From the NCBI RefSeq assembly GCF_009914755.1, contig NC_060947.1: 64,000 nucleotides of DNA; one strand, given 5' to 3'. This DNA is from the human T2T-CHM13v2.0 reference genome, Homo sapiens. The notes beneath the pieces are model-generated. The model worked only from the letters and a program-made list of their open reading frames with translations. It had not been told where the DNA came from and did no database searches. Below, piece after piece: positions 28,821-45,520 of the stretch (position 1 is its first letter; every line of letters begins with the position of its first letter). Both the position numbers and the translations under genes were made by a program.

Positions 28821-29732
28821 AAAAGAAATTGTAAGATGACAACTGGGACAAATGCTGCAGAAGGAGAATACATGGTACGATTTAAATAAACATAGCTAAC
28901 ACTCAACATAATATATACTATTTCTCAGGTGCTGTTTTTGGTACCTTGCTTAGGTCTCACAATAGCCCTAGGAAGAGACTGCCATTCTCCCATTTCCCAG
29001 GTGATAAGATAAAGGCACACCGAGTTTAGTGACTTGTCCAATGTTGTATTCTTGGGGAATGGTAGAGTGGGTATTTGAAGCCAGGCAGTGTGGCTTTGGT
29101 CCTGAGGGTTATGCCACACCCACTAGCCCAGAAAAAGCCTTCCTTTTGGGATGGGAGATGTTTGAGGGGAAAAGAAAGTTGAGCTTAGTCCTTCTTGCAT
29201 TTGTTTCCCACTTTGGTTTCTATGGTACTTGCCAATCCTGGTTCTCTGTTTTGTTTTGTTTTTAAATCCCTCTTTGCTTCTCTTTTTTTCTTTTACCTAA
29301 TTTTGAGATTGCCCCCGAAGTTGGGTTACTTGCACCCTGCTCTTTCCCCTAAGTTCTCTTTCTTTTTGACAGTGCATTCATTCCGATGAGTGGTCTTTTA
29401 GGGTATTATGAAGTCATGCAGTTAATTTTTAGCAATGAATCACAGCTGATTTCAGAATCAAATGTCATATAAATCAATTTGTGTAGAGCTAGTAAAAGTA
29501 TTGTAACTTGGAGGGAAATGACTATCAGTTTGCAATTCTAGATACCCAATAGAATCACCTGAGGAACTTGTTTAGGTGATTCTAATGTGCAAACAGAGCT
29601 GAGAACCATTGGGTTATTATAACCAATGAAGCCATTCAGTACAATCTTACTTTAAGGGAGTCTAGGAGTAGCATGGAGGGAATCCAAATGCCTAAGTGGT
29701 CAGGAAGAATGTTACTTTGTTTATAAGACTAT

Positions 29733-30299
<567 letters not shown>

Positions 30300-31088
30300 C
30301 CATGCATTAATAAACACAAGCCAGTGCAGCAGTAAAACATTCCACATTCACTGGTGCAAGTGAAGAAAACACAGGAAAACAGAAAAATGATAGTATATCA
30401 CTTCTCTTCGTGTGTTCCACACAGTTTAATAGGCATTACATAGGTGAGAAAATAAGGTGGTGAGAGGATGGGGGGAATTGGGTGTAGTGTGATACCACTT
30501 TACATATGTATTATTGAATCCTTACAATACTGAGAAGCATCCCTATTTAAATATGAGGAAACGGAGGCACAAAGAGTAAGTGACATGCCTGAAGTTATAA
30601 GGATAGTAAGATAGAAATATTAATTCATCTTAGGAATGAAGAACATTGCCATTCTTCCTTTTCTGAAAACATCACCAAGAATTATTGTTGAATTTTTTGC
30701 TATTTCACTATTTATCACAATAATGTTTTTTCTTTGTTCTGTTAAGTGAATTAGATTAATGAATTTTCTAATATTAAACTATCCTCTTATTACTTGAATG
30801 GGTCCCTCTTGGTGAAGGTATGACTCTATTCACATACAGCTAGGTTCCATTTACTAATATTTTACTTGGCATATTTTCAATAAATATTTATGTGTGAGAC
30901 TGCAGGCAGCTTAATTTTTATGCTCTTTGTCAGATTTCGATATCAATGTCATGCTGGATTTGATTTTTTTAATGAGAATATTTTTATTTTTCTCTGTTCT
31001 AGAACATTTGAAAAAGTATCAACATTACTTGTTCCTTGAAAATTTGAAAGAATTCATGAGTGAAACTGCTTCAGCCTGATGTTGTTTA

Positions 31089-31474
<386 letters not shown>

Positions 31475-34367
31475 TTATTCCATAGAGACTTAAACCAGCC
31501 CAAAGAACGCAGTGAGAGGCAAAGATGTTCATTTTACTCCATTAGGCTGTTTCTTTCCTCTTCTCATTCACTTTTATGAATAGTGATAAACATATGTTTA
31601 CCTGGCAAATCCCTCTTTTCTTCTTATACAAGTCTGGGTTAATTACAAAACAGCAGTGACTTTTTCCAGGGCCACATCTAGGTGCATGACATACTTTGGA
31701 ACACTCACAGTATAACTGGGTACCTGATGCAAATTATTTGCATATACAAGCAACATTTGAGTTAAAAGTGTTACGGACTTCCTGAGATTAGCATTAATTT
31801 TTTTCTTCTCTGTTTCCTCTACCTTCTCTTTCCCAGCTATTTAATAGAAGCCTCTTTATTAGAGGAGGTGGCTGGAGAAGAGCCACAGAACTAGGTGAGG
31901 GGGTGGGGAGAGTGAGTGGAAAACGATCAGAAACCTTTATTGGGAATTAGATTTTCCCTGTCTCGCCCCACCTCCCACCCCAAAAAGCCTACAGTTCTTC
32001 CGGGCCATGGTTTGAGCCTGCCATTCTAGAATGTTCCACAATGCAACTATTACTTTCCTGTAGAGGTCATGAAACGTAGATTTTTGGCTTTCCGGTCTTG
32101 CTGAAAGATCTTTATTTCAGTGAAATACCAATCCAGAAGCTACTTTGAAAAGTGTCATATGCCATCCCCAGACTTGGTTTAGGAATAACTTGTGCAAAAG
32201 CCACAAATGCTCTTCTTCACAAAACCTCTACTGTGGTTTTCGCACATCACTGCTAACTCTAGCACAGTCTTTCCTCTTTCTTACAGGAGTAAGAGAAAGT
32301 ATTAGCACTAAGTCAGCTCTGTTCACATTTCCGGTTTCAGAGGCGCTAACTCTGAAAATGCAGTATTTTTTACAGTTCACCCACTCTGTGAAGGATATTC
32401 CCAAATCTCATCCCAGTGACAGAAAATCCTTATGTGTCCTAAGCTGCAAATAAGCATTCTGCTCCCAGGTGGAAGAGGATTTTGAGATAAGTTTTTGTTA
32501 AGAAGCATGGAAATAGGAGCATTGAAAATTGGTGAAATGCGTTAATTCAGCCACATGAGTAAAATCCCGGATTGGCATTTTGTACCTAGTGATGACTAGT
32601 GCTGCGAACCCATGGAAGTCTGGGGACAGCAGCATGCAATGTTGGAAGAGAAGAAAAACACCCTCGTGACTCCCCTCCGGTATAGCTCAAAGTCCCCAGG
32701 AGACTTCCTTTCCCCAGATACCTGTGGGTCTACCTGGACGCAGAAATGTGTGCTCTCCTGCTCTCAAAACCGTACCTCTCCCCTTGTCTAGTAAATTAGC
32801 CAGACATGGCTCTTAATTGAGATAGTGCTGTGAGCTTGGTTTTTTAAGACAACTTCCTTACCTATAATTAGTTGGCCCTTAATCCTCCTTAAGCTTTCTC
32901 TTCCCATCCTGGGGTGTGTGGAAGAGGGCCAGGGGAGAGAAGGACTGTGAAATCCTCAAAGTCCCCAGAGCTCTGCCCCCTGACCCCAGCCCTCGGAGGC
33001 CCCCTGCCCTCCCTCCACTTCTCAAATTCCCCAGCTTCTCTCAACCCAGTCCTTGCCAGCGTTAAGAGTAGCCCCACCCCCACCCTCCCAGGCAGGGGAA
33101 GGGGCAGCTTTAGGGCTTCCTGGAAATTTACTCCCTGGCAGCTTTCCCAGGAGGATTTGCACTTAAAAAGGACACTTGGGGAGGGAGCCTGCCCCTCTGT
33201 ACAAAGCTTGTCCTTTAGAAGACCTGGACACAGCCGCCAGGTGGGAAGGTGTCACCTGTGTGAGGGAAGTGGGAGGTTATCCTGAGGAGAGAGTGTGTGA
33301 ACCAGGGTTGGTCTGGGGCGGGGCAGCGGTTGGGTGGGGAGGACAAGACTTTTCTGCCTGCACTACCCCCACCTTCCTTTTTCCCATTTGTTTCACCAAG
33401 ATTTTCCTTCCTGACTTGTTTTTGGACACTTTCTGCACCCCTCTTGTTCTGTTCCTAAACTGTCCCATGCACCTTTCCACTACCTTCTCCCTGAATATTT
33501 TTTGCTGTGTCCTGTTCCTTGTCCTGGTCCCAAATCACTTGGCCTGCCCTTCCCTTGTCCCTGGATCTTTTTGCTGAGTGGCACTATTTTTGGACAAAGA
33601 GCCTTTTCCAGTCCTGCCTTGAACCACACTACATAGAAGCCTCCGTGTAGATGATGTGAGAGTCAAAGCTCTAGGAATTAGCTAACTCTTACCTGGGGCT
33701 GGGGGCCAGGCTGTGGAAGGACAGAGACTGGAAAGAGAGCAGGACCCCTTCAGCAGCCCTGCTTACCTTCTGCAGAGCACAACAGCCTGGCCTAAACAAA
33801 AATGTTCCTAGTGGCAGAAGATACTTCTCCAGAAGGGCTTGCTTTCATCACACTGTAATTATATATACATTCATTCAGTGAAAATTTACTGATCACCTAC
33901 TATATGCCAGGCACCATTCTAAGTGCTGGAGATACACCAGTGAATAAAAAAGACAAAAAGGCCCTGCCCTTATGGATGGATCTTACATTCTAGAAACCAG
34001 TGCTGGACCAGGCATCAAGACCCTAAGTTATTAGCTATGAGACCTTGGAGGAGCTGCTTAACAACTTCCTGAGCCTGGGGTCAGAACTGAAGAGGGCAGC
34101 GTGGAAGATAACAGTTAGAATTTGGAGCCTCAGATTTCTCATCTATCAGAGGGGTATCAGGCTGAATGGGTCGACAGATACAGAGGTGTGCTCTTTGAAG
34201 AGTATCCAATACCATATAAACATATGGTTTTATTATCGTCTACCCTCATCCTTGCCACCACTTTTAGGGAGTAGTTCCTAGCTTTGGGCCTACAAGAAAT
34301 GAAGGTACCCTGGGTCTATTTCATTTGGAAGGATTCTGCAAGTGCATGAGAATAGAGAATACAAGTA

Positions 34368-34420
34368 TTAGGTTGGTGCAAAAGTAATTGTGGTTTTACC
34401 ATTACTTTCAATGGCAAAAA
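34368..34420. mobile_element. Truncated MADE1 (Hsmar1 MITE)
   Basis: TTAGGTTGGTGCAAAAGTAATTGTGGTTTT.CCATTACTTTCAATGGCAAAAA; the right TIR is missing. Confidence 0.85.
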
Positions 34421-34764
34421 TCTGATGATTAAAGATAGATAGATAAATAGATGATGGGTAGATATAGCTATAGATACATGTTTTTTACACAAGTAGCACA
34501 TATTCATTGTGGGAAACTTCAAAAATATAGACAAGTTAAAGCAAAAAGATAAAGATACCCCAGAACCTATCACCCAGACACAAGTCTTGTGGTACCTTGC
34601 AGACTTGTTTCTGTGTGCACATGTAGAGGAGTGTAGAGCATAATCAAAGAGCCATGCGGTTCCTCCGCTTGACTGTGTGTCCTCTGCTGATGAACATCTT
34701 TCTGCTCAGGTCATGATTGGAGCAGCATTTCAAAAGATGGAGCCACTTTCTTCTACAGAAGTGT

Positions 34765-35226
34765 TGTATTAGTTTCCAAGGGCTGCCATAACAAATTACC
34801 ACAAACTGGGGAGCTTAAAATGATAGAAATGTATTCTTTCACAGTCCTGGAGGCCAGAAGTCTGAACTTGAAGGTGTTGGTAGGGCCATGCTCTCTCTAA
34901 AGGATCTAGGGGAGGGTCTTTCCTTGTTTCTTCCTAGCTTTTAATGGTTGCCAGCAATCCTTGATGTTCTGCGGCTTGTAGACACATCTCTCCAATCCCT
35001 GCCTCTGTTTTTGCATGGCTGTTTTCCCTCTGTGTTTGTCTGTGTTCAAATTTCCCTCTTCTTATAAGATCACTAGTCATTGAATTAGGGCCCACCTTAA
35101 TTCAGTTTGACCTTATATTAATTTCACTAATTACATTTACAAAGTATTTCCCCCCCAAAAAAGTCACATTCACAGGTGCCACATGGGCATGAATTTGGGG
35201 AGGGGAACACTGTTCAACCCAGAACA
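34765..35226 (-). mobile_element. MaLR LTR (MLT1C-like)
   Basis: TGTATTAGTTTCC..GGGCTGCCATAACAAATTACCACAAACTGG ... TTCAACCCAGAACA. Confidence 0.85.
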
Positions 35227-35675
35227 GATATCAACCCTACTGCTTATTTGAAACTGCTTCAGATGTGGTTGGTTCCCCGATGTCAGGGGAGAGAGAGGGC
35301 TCCAGGCATCAGCCACCCTGTGACAAGGAGTACCAGGACATCCTTCTCCTCAAAGTCAGAAAACATCCTGATGTCAAAGATACGGGCTATTGAGTTATAT
35401 GTGGAAGTGCTCTAGTGGAAACTGTCCCAGGTCCACGCTTACCAAGATGGCGCAGTTCACCATGGGGCACTGTGATGAAGAAAGATTCCCAACTCCACTT
35501 ATTCACAGGGGAACACCCGTGCCACAATAGCTATCAAAGGTTGTGGTAATTGTTTTCCAATTATCTACCTGTGGGCAAAAATTAACATGGGTGCAGAGCA
35601 TGGAGGGGAACTTTTAGCTACTACTCATAAGCACTTTAGGGACACTCTCAACTTATTTTTACAAAACTGGAACTG

Positions 35676-36025
<350 letters not shown>

Positions 36026-36284
36026 TCACAGGGGTCCTTCTAAGCCAGTAATATACTTCTGTACCAAAATGTATTTAACTAGTAATCCTAAATCTTTTGA
36101 TAAAGCCCTTCCATTTCTCTTCCACCCCTGTGGTCCCTGTGGTACATCTTGTGCTGAAAGATTACCTTCTACTCAAATCTTAACTATTTTACTGAATCTC
36201 TCCACCTCCTTTTGCACCCCTTGACTCAGCCAGGAAAAAAATATATATATATATATATTTCCTGCCCCTGGCGTTTCCTTAATC

Positions 36285-39171
<2,887 letters not shown>

Positions 39172-40812
39172 TCTTTCTTCAAGTGTAATGTGTTTAGGTT
39201 AAAAGTTGATTGGTCAGTGTTAAAATATATGTAAATTTTAGCCTTCCAGATCCCATGAAAATGTCTGAAAAAAAACTTTTAAAAATGAGTAGTACAAGGT
39301 TATTTGTTACAGCATTTAAAAATATCATATGATTGGAAACAACCTAAATGTTCATCAATAGGGGACTAGTTAAATAATTTATGGTACATCATCATTCATG
39401 TAATGGGACACTATGAAGTTGTAAAAAAACAGAGAATAAGGAAGTGTTTTGCTGACATAGAACAATCTCCAAGACACATTGTTAAGATGTAGAACAATGT
39501 GTTATATACTGCTGGGTGTTAAAAGGCTGAAAGGGAATATCTATGTATTTGCTTGAATGTGCATAAAAGCATCCCAGGAAGATACATAAGAAACTGACAA
39601 CACTGTTTAACCATGGAAGACTGAAAGGAAGAGATGGGAAAAAGACTGCATTACATACTCTTTCATACTCTTTCATTTACATTTTAGACCATGTGAATGT
39701 ATTATTTAGTCAAAAATAAATATAAAAAGGAAGAAACCACAACAACCATAGGAAATAAGAAAAGGTGACATCAATGTGACATAAATTTTGAGAGATAGCA
39801 ACAAGCAAGAAAGGCCATGAATTTGGACTAACAGACAGATCAGAGCAGTAAACATTGCAATTCAATAAGTTGTAAGAGTATGCTTTCCCAAAGAAGCATT
39901 AATCACAGAGTCAATGAATGTGAGGAGCAGGGGTGGGCTATGAGGCAATCATTGAAGAGCGGCAGCGGAAACAGCTGGGAAAAGTGGCCCTCTCCCTCTC
40001 TCTCCTTTCCCCCAGTGGACCATTTGTTAGCAGCAGCATTTGGCCTTGGCCCTCAGTCTAAAGTTACCTAGAGAGGGCTCTAGGAAGGGTGCTGAGACCT
40101 CCACAACAGATAGGAGGACAAAACCAAAAGGAAAACCAATATTAGTCAAGAGTGAAACCTTCTACAAGGCTCCACCCCCAGAGAAAAGCCCTCCTTACTT
40201 CATCAGTTGTGGGGGTCCCTGGTCTTCCTGCCTCTCCACCCACATAACCTAAAGGGAAGCCTGACTGTTGACATTTCCTACCCACTTAAACAGAACCCAC
40301 AGTCAGCCCTCCCATTCCGGAGAGAGGTTTGTGGGGAAAACAGATAGATCAACACAATTGCAGAGGAAACTCATGCCATCTACCCATAATAACCAACACG
40401 GGTTTTCATTCATAAATAAATAAATGGCCAAGCATTTGAGAAAAACTAGCAACATAATGAAAAGGACCAAAATAAACAAATGGAACTGACCCAGAGGAAA
40501 GAGGGAGAATTAAGGGAATTGAAGAAAATGTAAATATATTCTGACATGTATTGCTAGAAAAGCTAGCCAAGCGCTATTCTCCCAGGTTAGAATATTTTAC
40601 AACTTCCCCTTCTATCTCTTTAAAATAATATTTAGTAATTTGGCAAACATTTACTAACTCCTTACAATGTGTCAGGAACCAAAATTTCTGGGTTTTTTTG
40701 TTTGTTTGTTTGTTTTAATTATCTTTTTCCTCTAATAGCTAATGGTAGAAAAATCAGACAAGTCCATTATGATATGATGTGGCAAATGCTATGATAGATT
40801 AAGCACAGAAGA

Positions 40813-41116
40813 GGTAGGGCACAGTGGCTCACGCCTGTGTAATCCCAGCACTTTGGGAGGCCAAGGCATGTGGATCACCTGAGGTCAGGAGTTCAAGACC
40901 AGCCTGGCCAACTTGGTGAAACCCCGTCTCTACTAAATTTACAAATATTAGCCAGGCAGAGTGGTGCACGCCTGTAATCCCAGCTACTCAAGAGGCTGAG
41001 GCTGGAGAATCACTTGAACCCGGGAGGTGGAGGTTGTAGTGAGCCAAGATTATGACACTGCACTCCAGCCTGGGTGACAAAGCCAGACTCCTTCTCAACA
41101 ACAACAACAACAAAAA
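40813..41116 (+). mobile_element. Alu with (CAA)n tail
   Basis: TSD AGATTAAGCACAGAAGAG / AGATTAAGTACAGAAGAG. Confidence 0.93.
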
Positions 41117-41181
41117 GATTAAGTACAGAAGAGAGCACCTTGTCAGCTGGAACAGAATATTTCACTTAAACATTAATAGAT

Positions 41182-41517
<336 letters not shown>

Positions 41518-42229
41518 TTAGCCTTGGCACACAAATAACATGAATAAGCACAGCACATTTCAGGAAATAAAACTAGCTTAAAATGTTTGAGACCTAATGA
41601 GTCGTAGACGATGAGGAGAGAAATGTGGGCAGGGGTCAACTCATCTGCCATGTTAAGAATCGAGACCCTTTCCTCTAGTCTAGAGCTTTTCAGGTATATT
41701 CAGGGAAAAGAACCCTTAGGAGGCCCTTCATACAACAAACAAAATACTGTTATATTTAACTCTTTCATATGTACTGGAAATGATTTTCCAAGCAGAAATT
41801 ATGACTGTGTTCTGGGTTATCAATATAAAATCACAACCACAGGCATATTCACATCAAAAACAAACTGTTGAAGTATGATCCATTGTTTTTCTTATTTTTC
41901 CCTTGATATTTGCTACAAATCAATCACTAGCTAGCAGAAAAGTAGTAGTAGAAAAGGGTGACCAATATTTAAGAAAATTCTGTGTAAAAATAACTGAAAA
42001 ATGAGACTTCAATCCATTAACTTAATTCTTTCTGTAAACTTAGAAAAAGATGGTCAATATTTGATTTTGGCTATAGACACTTGCATGCACTCCTATACAT
42101 GTATACATTTCTTGGAAACTAAGTTTGATAATCATTTTTGGACGTGTTAGGCAGCTGAAGATATTAAAACGGAGCCAACTCCCTGTTAGGGAGAGACAGG
42201 CATGAGAGGTTCTGAGACAAAGAACTTCT

Positions 42230-43280
42230 GATGCAGAATCAGAAATCAAAAAAACAGCCCAAATGAGGAAGCTGGAAAGGTAGCCAATTGTGGCATTATG
42301 GTAGAGGACCAGGCAGAAGGATGAGAGAAAGAGAAGGCTTCAACAATTGAGGTACAAGCAGGGCATTCTGGAGTCAGTTGCTGTCAGTGTGAAAGATGGA
42401 TGGGGTGGGACAGAAAGAGAAACAGGGAGATAAGTTAGGATGGTACAATTCAGTAATCTACAAAGGAGAGGATATATGGGCCTGGAATAGGATGATGGCA
42501 GGGGCCATGGAGAGAAGTGGTGGCAACCAAGGTTTTTGGAGGAAGAAGCCACTGGGATTGGGGCAATCTGGGGCAAGAGAGAGTGAAAAATCATGAATGG
42601 ATCCCAGATCTCTGACTTGGGCAATTAAGTGGGTGGTGGGACCATTCACAGAGATACGGAGAATCTTAAGGGAGAACAGGTCTGGATTGGAATTAGAGTG
42701 GTGAGATAAATTAATTTTAGAGCATACCAAATGTAAGATGGCTTTGGGATATCCAAGTAGAGATTTTCAGAGGTAGCTGTGCTTACAACTCTGAAGTTCA
42801 GGACTTCAGTTATAGATTTGAGATTTATCACAATGAAGGTGAGATTGAAACCCATGAAAGTTCATGAAACCCATGAATCACCCAATGAAACCATGGAGAA
42901 CAAGAAGAGAGGGGAGGAGAGGAGAAGGGAGAAGGAAAGGAAATAGAGAGAAGGAATACCAAAGTTTTAAGGGATACAAAGAGGAAAGAAGATAACATGA
43001 AGAAGGATTCTGAGAGGCAGAAGCCCTTAAGAATAGGGTGATATAGAATTCAAGTGGGGAGAGCATTCAGGAAGATGACAACAGGATAATAGGTCAACAG
43101 AGTAATAGAGAGGTCGCTAAAAATAAACTCTAAGAAGTATTCAGCCAAAACTATTATTGAGCTAATAATGGTGGGATCAATTTCAGGGGAATATTGTGGG
43201 CAGAAGTCAGACTGTAGGAGGCTGGGGATCAAGAAGTTGAGGCAAGGAGGTTGGACAACAACTGTTTTTTCAAGTTGGTC
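42230..43280. mobile_element. Degenerate L2 fragments
   Basis: Purine-rich L2-type motifs such as GATCTCTGACTTGGGCAATTAAGTGGGTGGTGGGACCATTCACAGAGAT and GGGCAGAAGTCAGACTGTAG. Confidence 0.65.
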
Positions 43281-43418
43281 ACGTGAACAAATCTGTGACC
43301 TTCAGCCTCCCCTCCCTCGGGTCTTGGCTGAGCTGATTGCAGGGCCCCTGCAGCTCTGGCACTCTCAAGTTGTATAAAACTGACAGTGCAGAAGTCCTTG
43401 AGCCCATTTTGGCTCTCA

Positions 43419-43430
43419 TGATAATTTTCC
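43419..43430 (+). promoter_or_regulatory. Adjacent GATA + NFAT motifs, candidate core of the ~-1.5 kb upstream T-cell enhancer
   Basis: TGATAA immediately followed by TTTTCC in non-repetitive sequence about 1.5 kb upstream of the TSS. Confidence 0.5.
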
Positions 43431-43721
43431 TTCAGTGGAACTAAGGTTACTTGTCTAAGAACCAAAGCCTCTGACTTGACTGATCAAAGTTCATCACGTG
43501 CATCGAAGCCACCTACTTGGCAGATGTAGTGAAAAGCTACATAGATCTGGGCCCAGGACAGGATGCTGGGGCGTGGGAGGGGAAGAAAGCAGGTGCTAAC
43601 TATATAGATAGCATGCCTATCAGAGCAGTTTTTACGTTTCCTATTTGTCTCTCAAAACAATTTTATAGGAATCATCAAAGCAATTTTATCATGGTTTCTA
43701 GACCAGGTTTGGATGTGAGGT

Positions 43722-43732
43722 AGGGATTTCCA
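43722..43732 (+). promoter_or_regulatory. Upstream NF-kB-like site (~-1.19 kb)
   Basis: AGGGATTTCCA; position agrees with my recollection of a reported CD40LG upstream kB site. Confidence 0.6.
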
Positions 43733-44639
43733 CAGCTGCTTTTAGTTTGAAGGAAATCTGATAAGATGATGCAAAAGCCCTTCAGAAATGTGTAATCCTA
43801 CACACTTCAGTGATTCAATTCATTGTCAAAACTTAAGGTGTTTTTAATATTGTTATTGTTCATTTGGTTTTTACCAACATGTAAGGAGTTGGCAATTATT
43901 TGTTAAACTCATGTCTTAGGCTAAATAAATTCCAAAAAATTCAGGATGAGAATTGTTTATTGCTTAACGTGTTTCAAATTTCTTCCATGCACATCTTTAT
44001 TAGATCTTCACAGCAACCTACAGGATAAGCAAGACAGGTGCAAGTGCCTCCTTTGGGTATGAGGAAACTGAGGTCTAAAGAGATGAAGTGATTTGCCCAA
44101 GGCTCATAGCAATTTATTGGTAGAGCAAAGACTAGAATTCAGATCTCTTAACTGCAGCCTATTTTCCCTATTCTGAACTGTTACATCAGCATCAACAATT
44201 ATCTAATGGATTGGAACAGTGTACACAGGCAGCTTAGCTACGTCAAGTCACGATTTTTACTTTAACTTCAATTCCAGAGTCTTGGCCTGATTTCCCTCAA
44301 GACCCTACTTATCTTTGCCTTTGCAAAATTTATTTTTCTTGCATTATCTTTCCAGCTAAATTTTATTTAATAACCATCAGCATGCTTTTTTTGCTTTATG
44401 CCATGTAGACTTGACCTGAAAACCTGCCAGGCTTTCATTGAGTTTAGTGATTAAAGAAGTAAAGTTCTGAGAAGCAATTAGTTGATGGGACACCAGTCAT
44501 AAAATCAATCCAAACTTTTGTTGACATGTGTTTCTTTCTCCATATACCAGGTTCCCGCTTCGTATTAGTAAGATTGAAATTGAAATAAGTCTATTGCTGG
44601 TGGATGAATTTGTCACTTTCCTTGAAACTGGTGAACCCA

Positions 44640-44918
44640 AAAAGTTAGACAGTGATAGGAAAATACTGCCATTGTCTGTTAAGAAGTCTATGACATTTCA
44701 AGGCAAGAATGAATATATGGAAGAAGAAACTTGTTTCTTCTTTACTTACAAAAAGGAAAGCCTGGAAGTGAATGATATGGGTATAATTAAAAAAAAAAAA
44801 AAAAACAAAAAACCTTTACGTAACGTTTTTGCTGGGAGAGAAGACTACGAAGCACATTTTCCAGGAAGTGTGGGCTGCAACGATTGTGCGCTCTTAACTA
44901 ATCCTGAGTAAGGTGGCC
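44640..44918 (+). promoter_or_regulatory. CD40LG: CD40LG proximal promoter with distal and proximal NFAT sites and an A-tract
   Basis: GGAAAA at 44658-44663 (about -260) and TTTTCC at 44857-44862 (about -60) fit the two established NFAT sites. TATAATT at 44782-44788 is followed by A17-C-A6 (44789-44812). TTCCAGGAA (GAS/STAT consensus) overlaps the proximal NFAT site. Confidence 0.85.
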
Positions 44919-45152
<234 letters not shown>

Positions 45153-45321
45153 TGAACCACAAGCCTTTATTAACTAAATTTGGGGTCCTTACTAATTCAT
45201 AGGTTGGTTCTACCCAAATGATGGATGATGGTAGAAACCAAATAGAAGAATGGTCTTGTGGCATAATGTTTGTTGCCTAGTCAATGAAGTCTCATATTCT
45301 TGTCTCTGGTTAGGATCTTGG

Positions 45322-45520
45322 GATCTGGAGTCAGACTGCCTGGGTTCAAATCTTGGCTCTGCCCATACCATCTCTGTTATCCTGGGGCAAGTGCCTCAGT
45401 TTCCACATCTGAGAAATGGGGATGGTATTGGTGTCCATTTCATAGATTAAGTGAGTTTAGCCTTGTAAAAAGCTTAGGAGGGGGTCTGATACATAGTAAG
45501 CACTATGTACGCACTAGCTA
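45322..45520. mobile_element. MIR in CD40LG intron 1
   Basis: TCTGGAGTCAGACTGCCTGGGTTCAAATC...GCCTCAGTTTCCACATCTG MIR core. Similar MIRs occur near 11.3, 13.9, 16.1, 19.0, 19.9, 44.05, 48.5, 55.55, 59.3 and 61.2 kb. Confidence 0.8.

Noticed and set aside
32676-32710. tRNA-like 5' motif GGTATAGCTCA
   Set aside because: No B-box/T-arm or cloverleaf follows.
34368-34420. Possible miR-548-family hairpin from MADE1
   Set aside because: The element lacks its right inverted repeat, so it cannot form the full precursor hairpin.
44528-44911. 127-aa ORF immediately upstream of CD40LG
   Set aside because: Non-ATG start; lies across the promoter; its poly-Lys comes from the A-tract; no recognisable domain.
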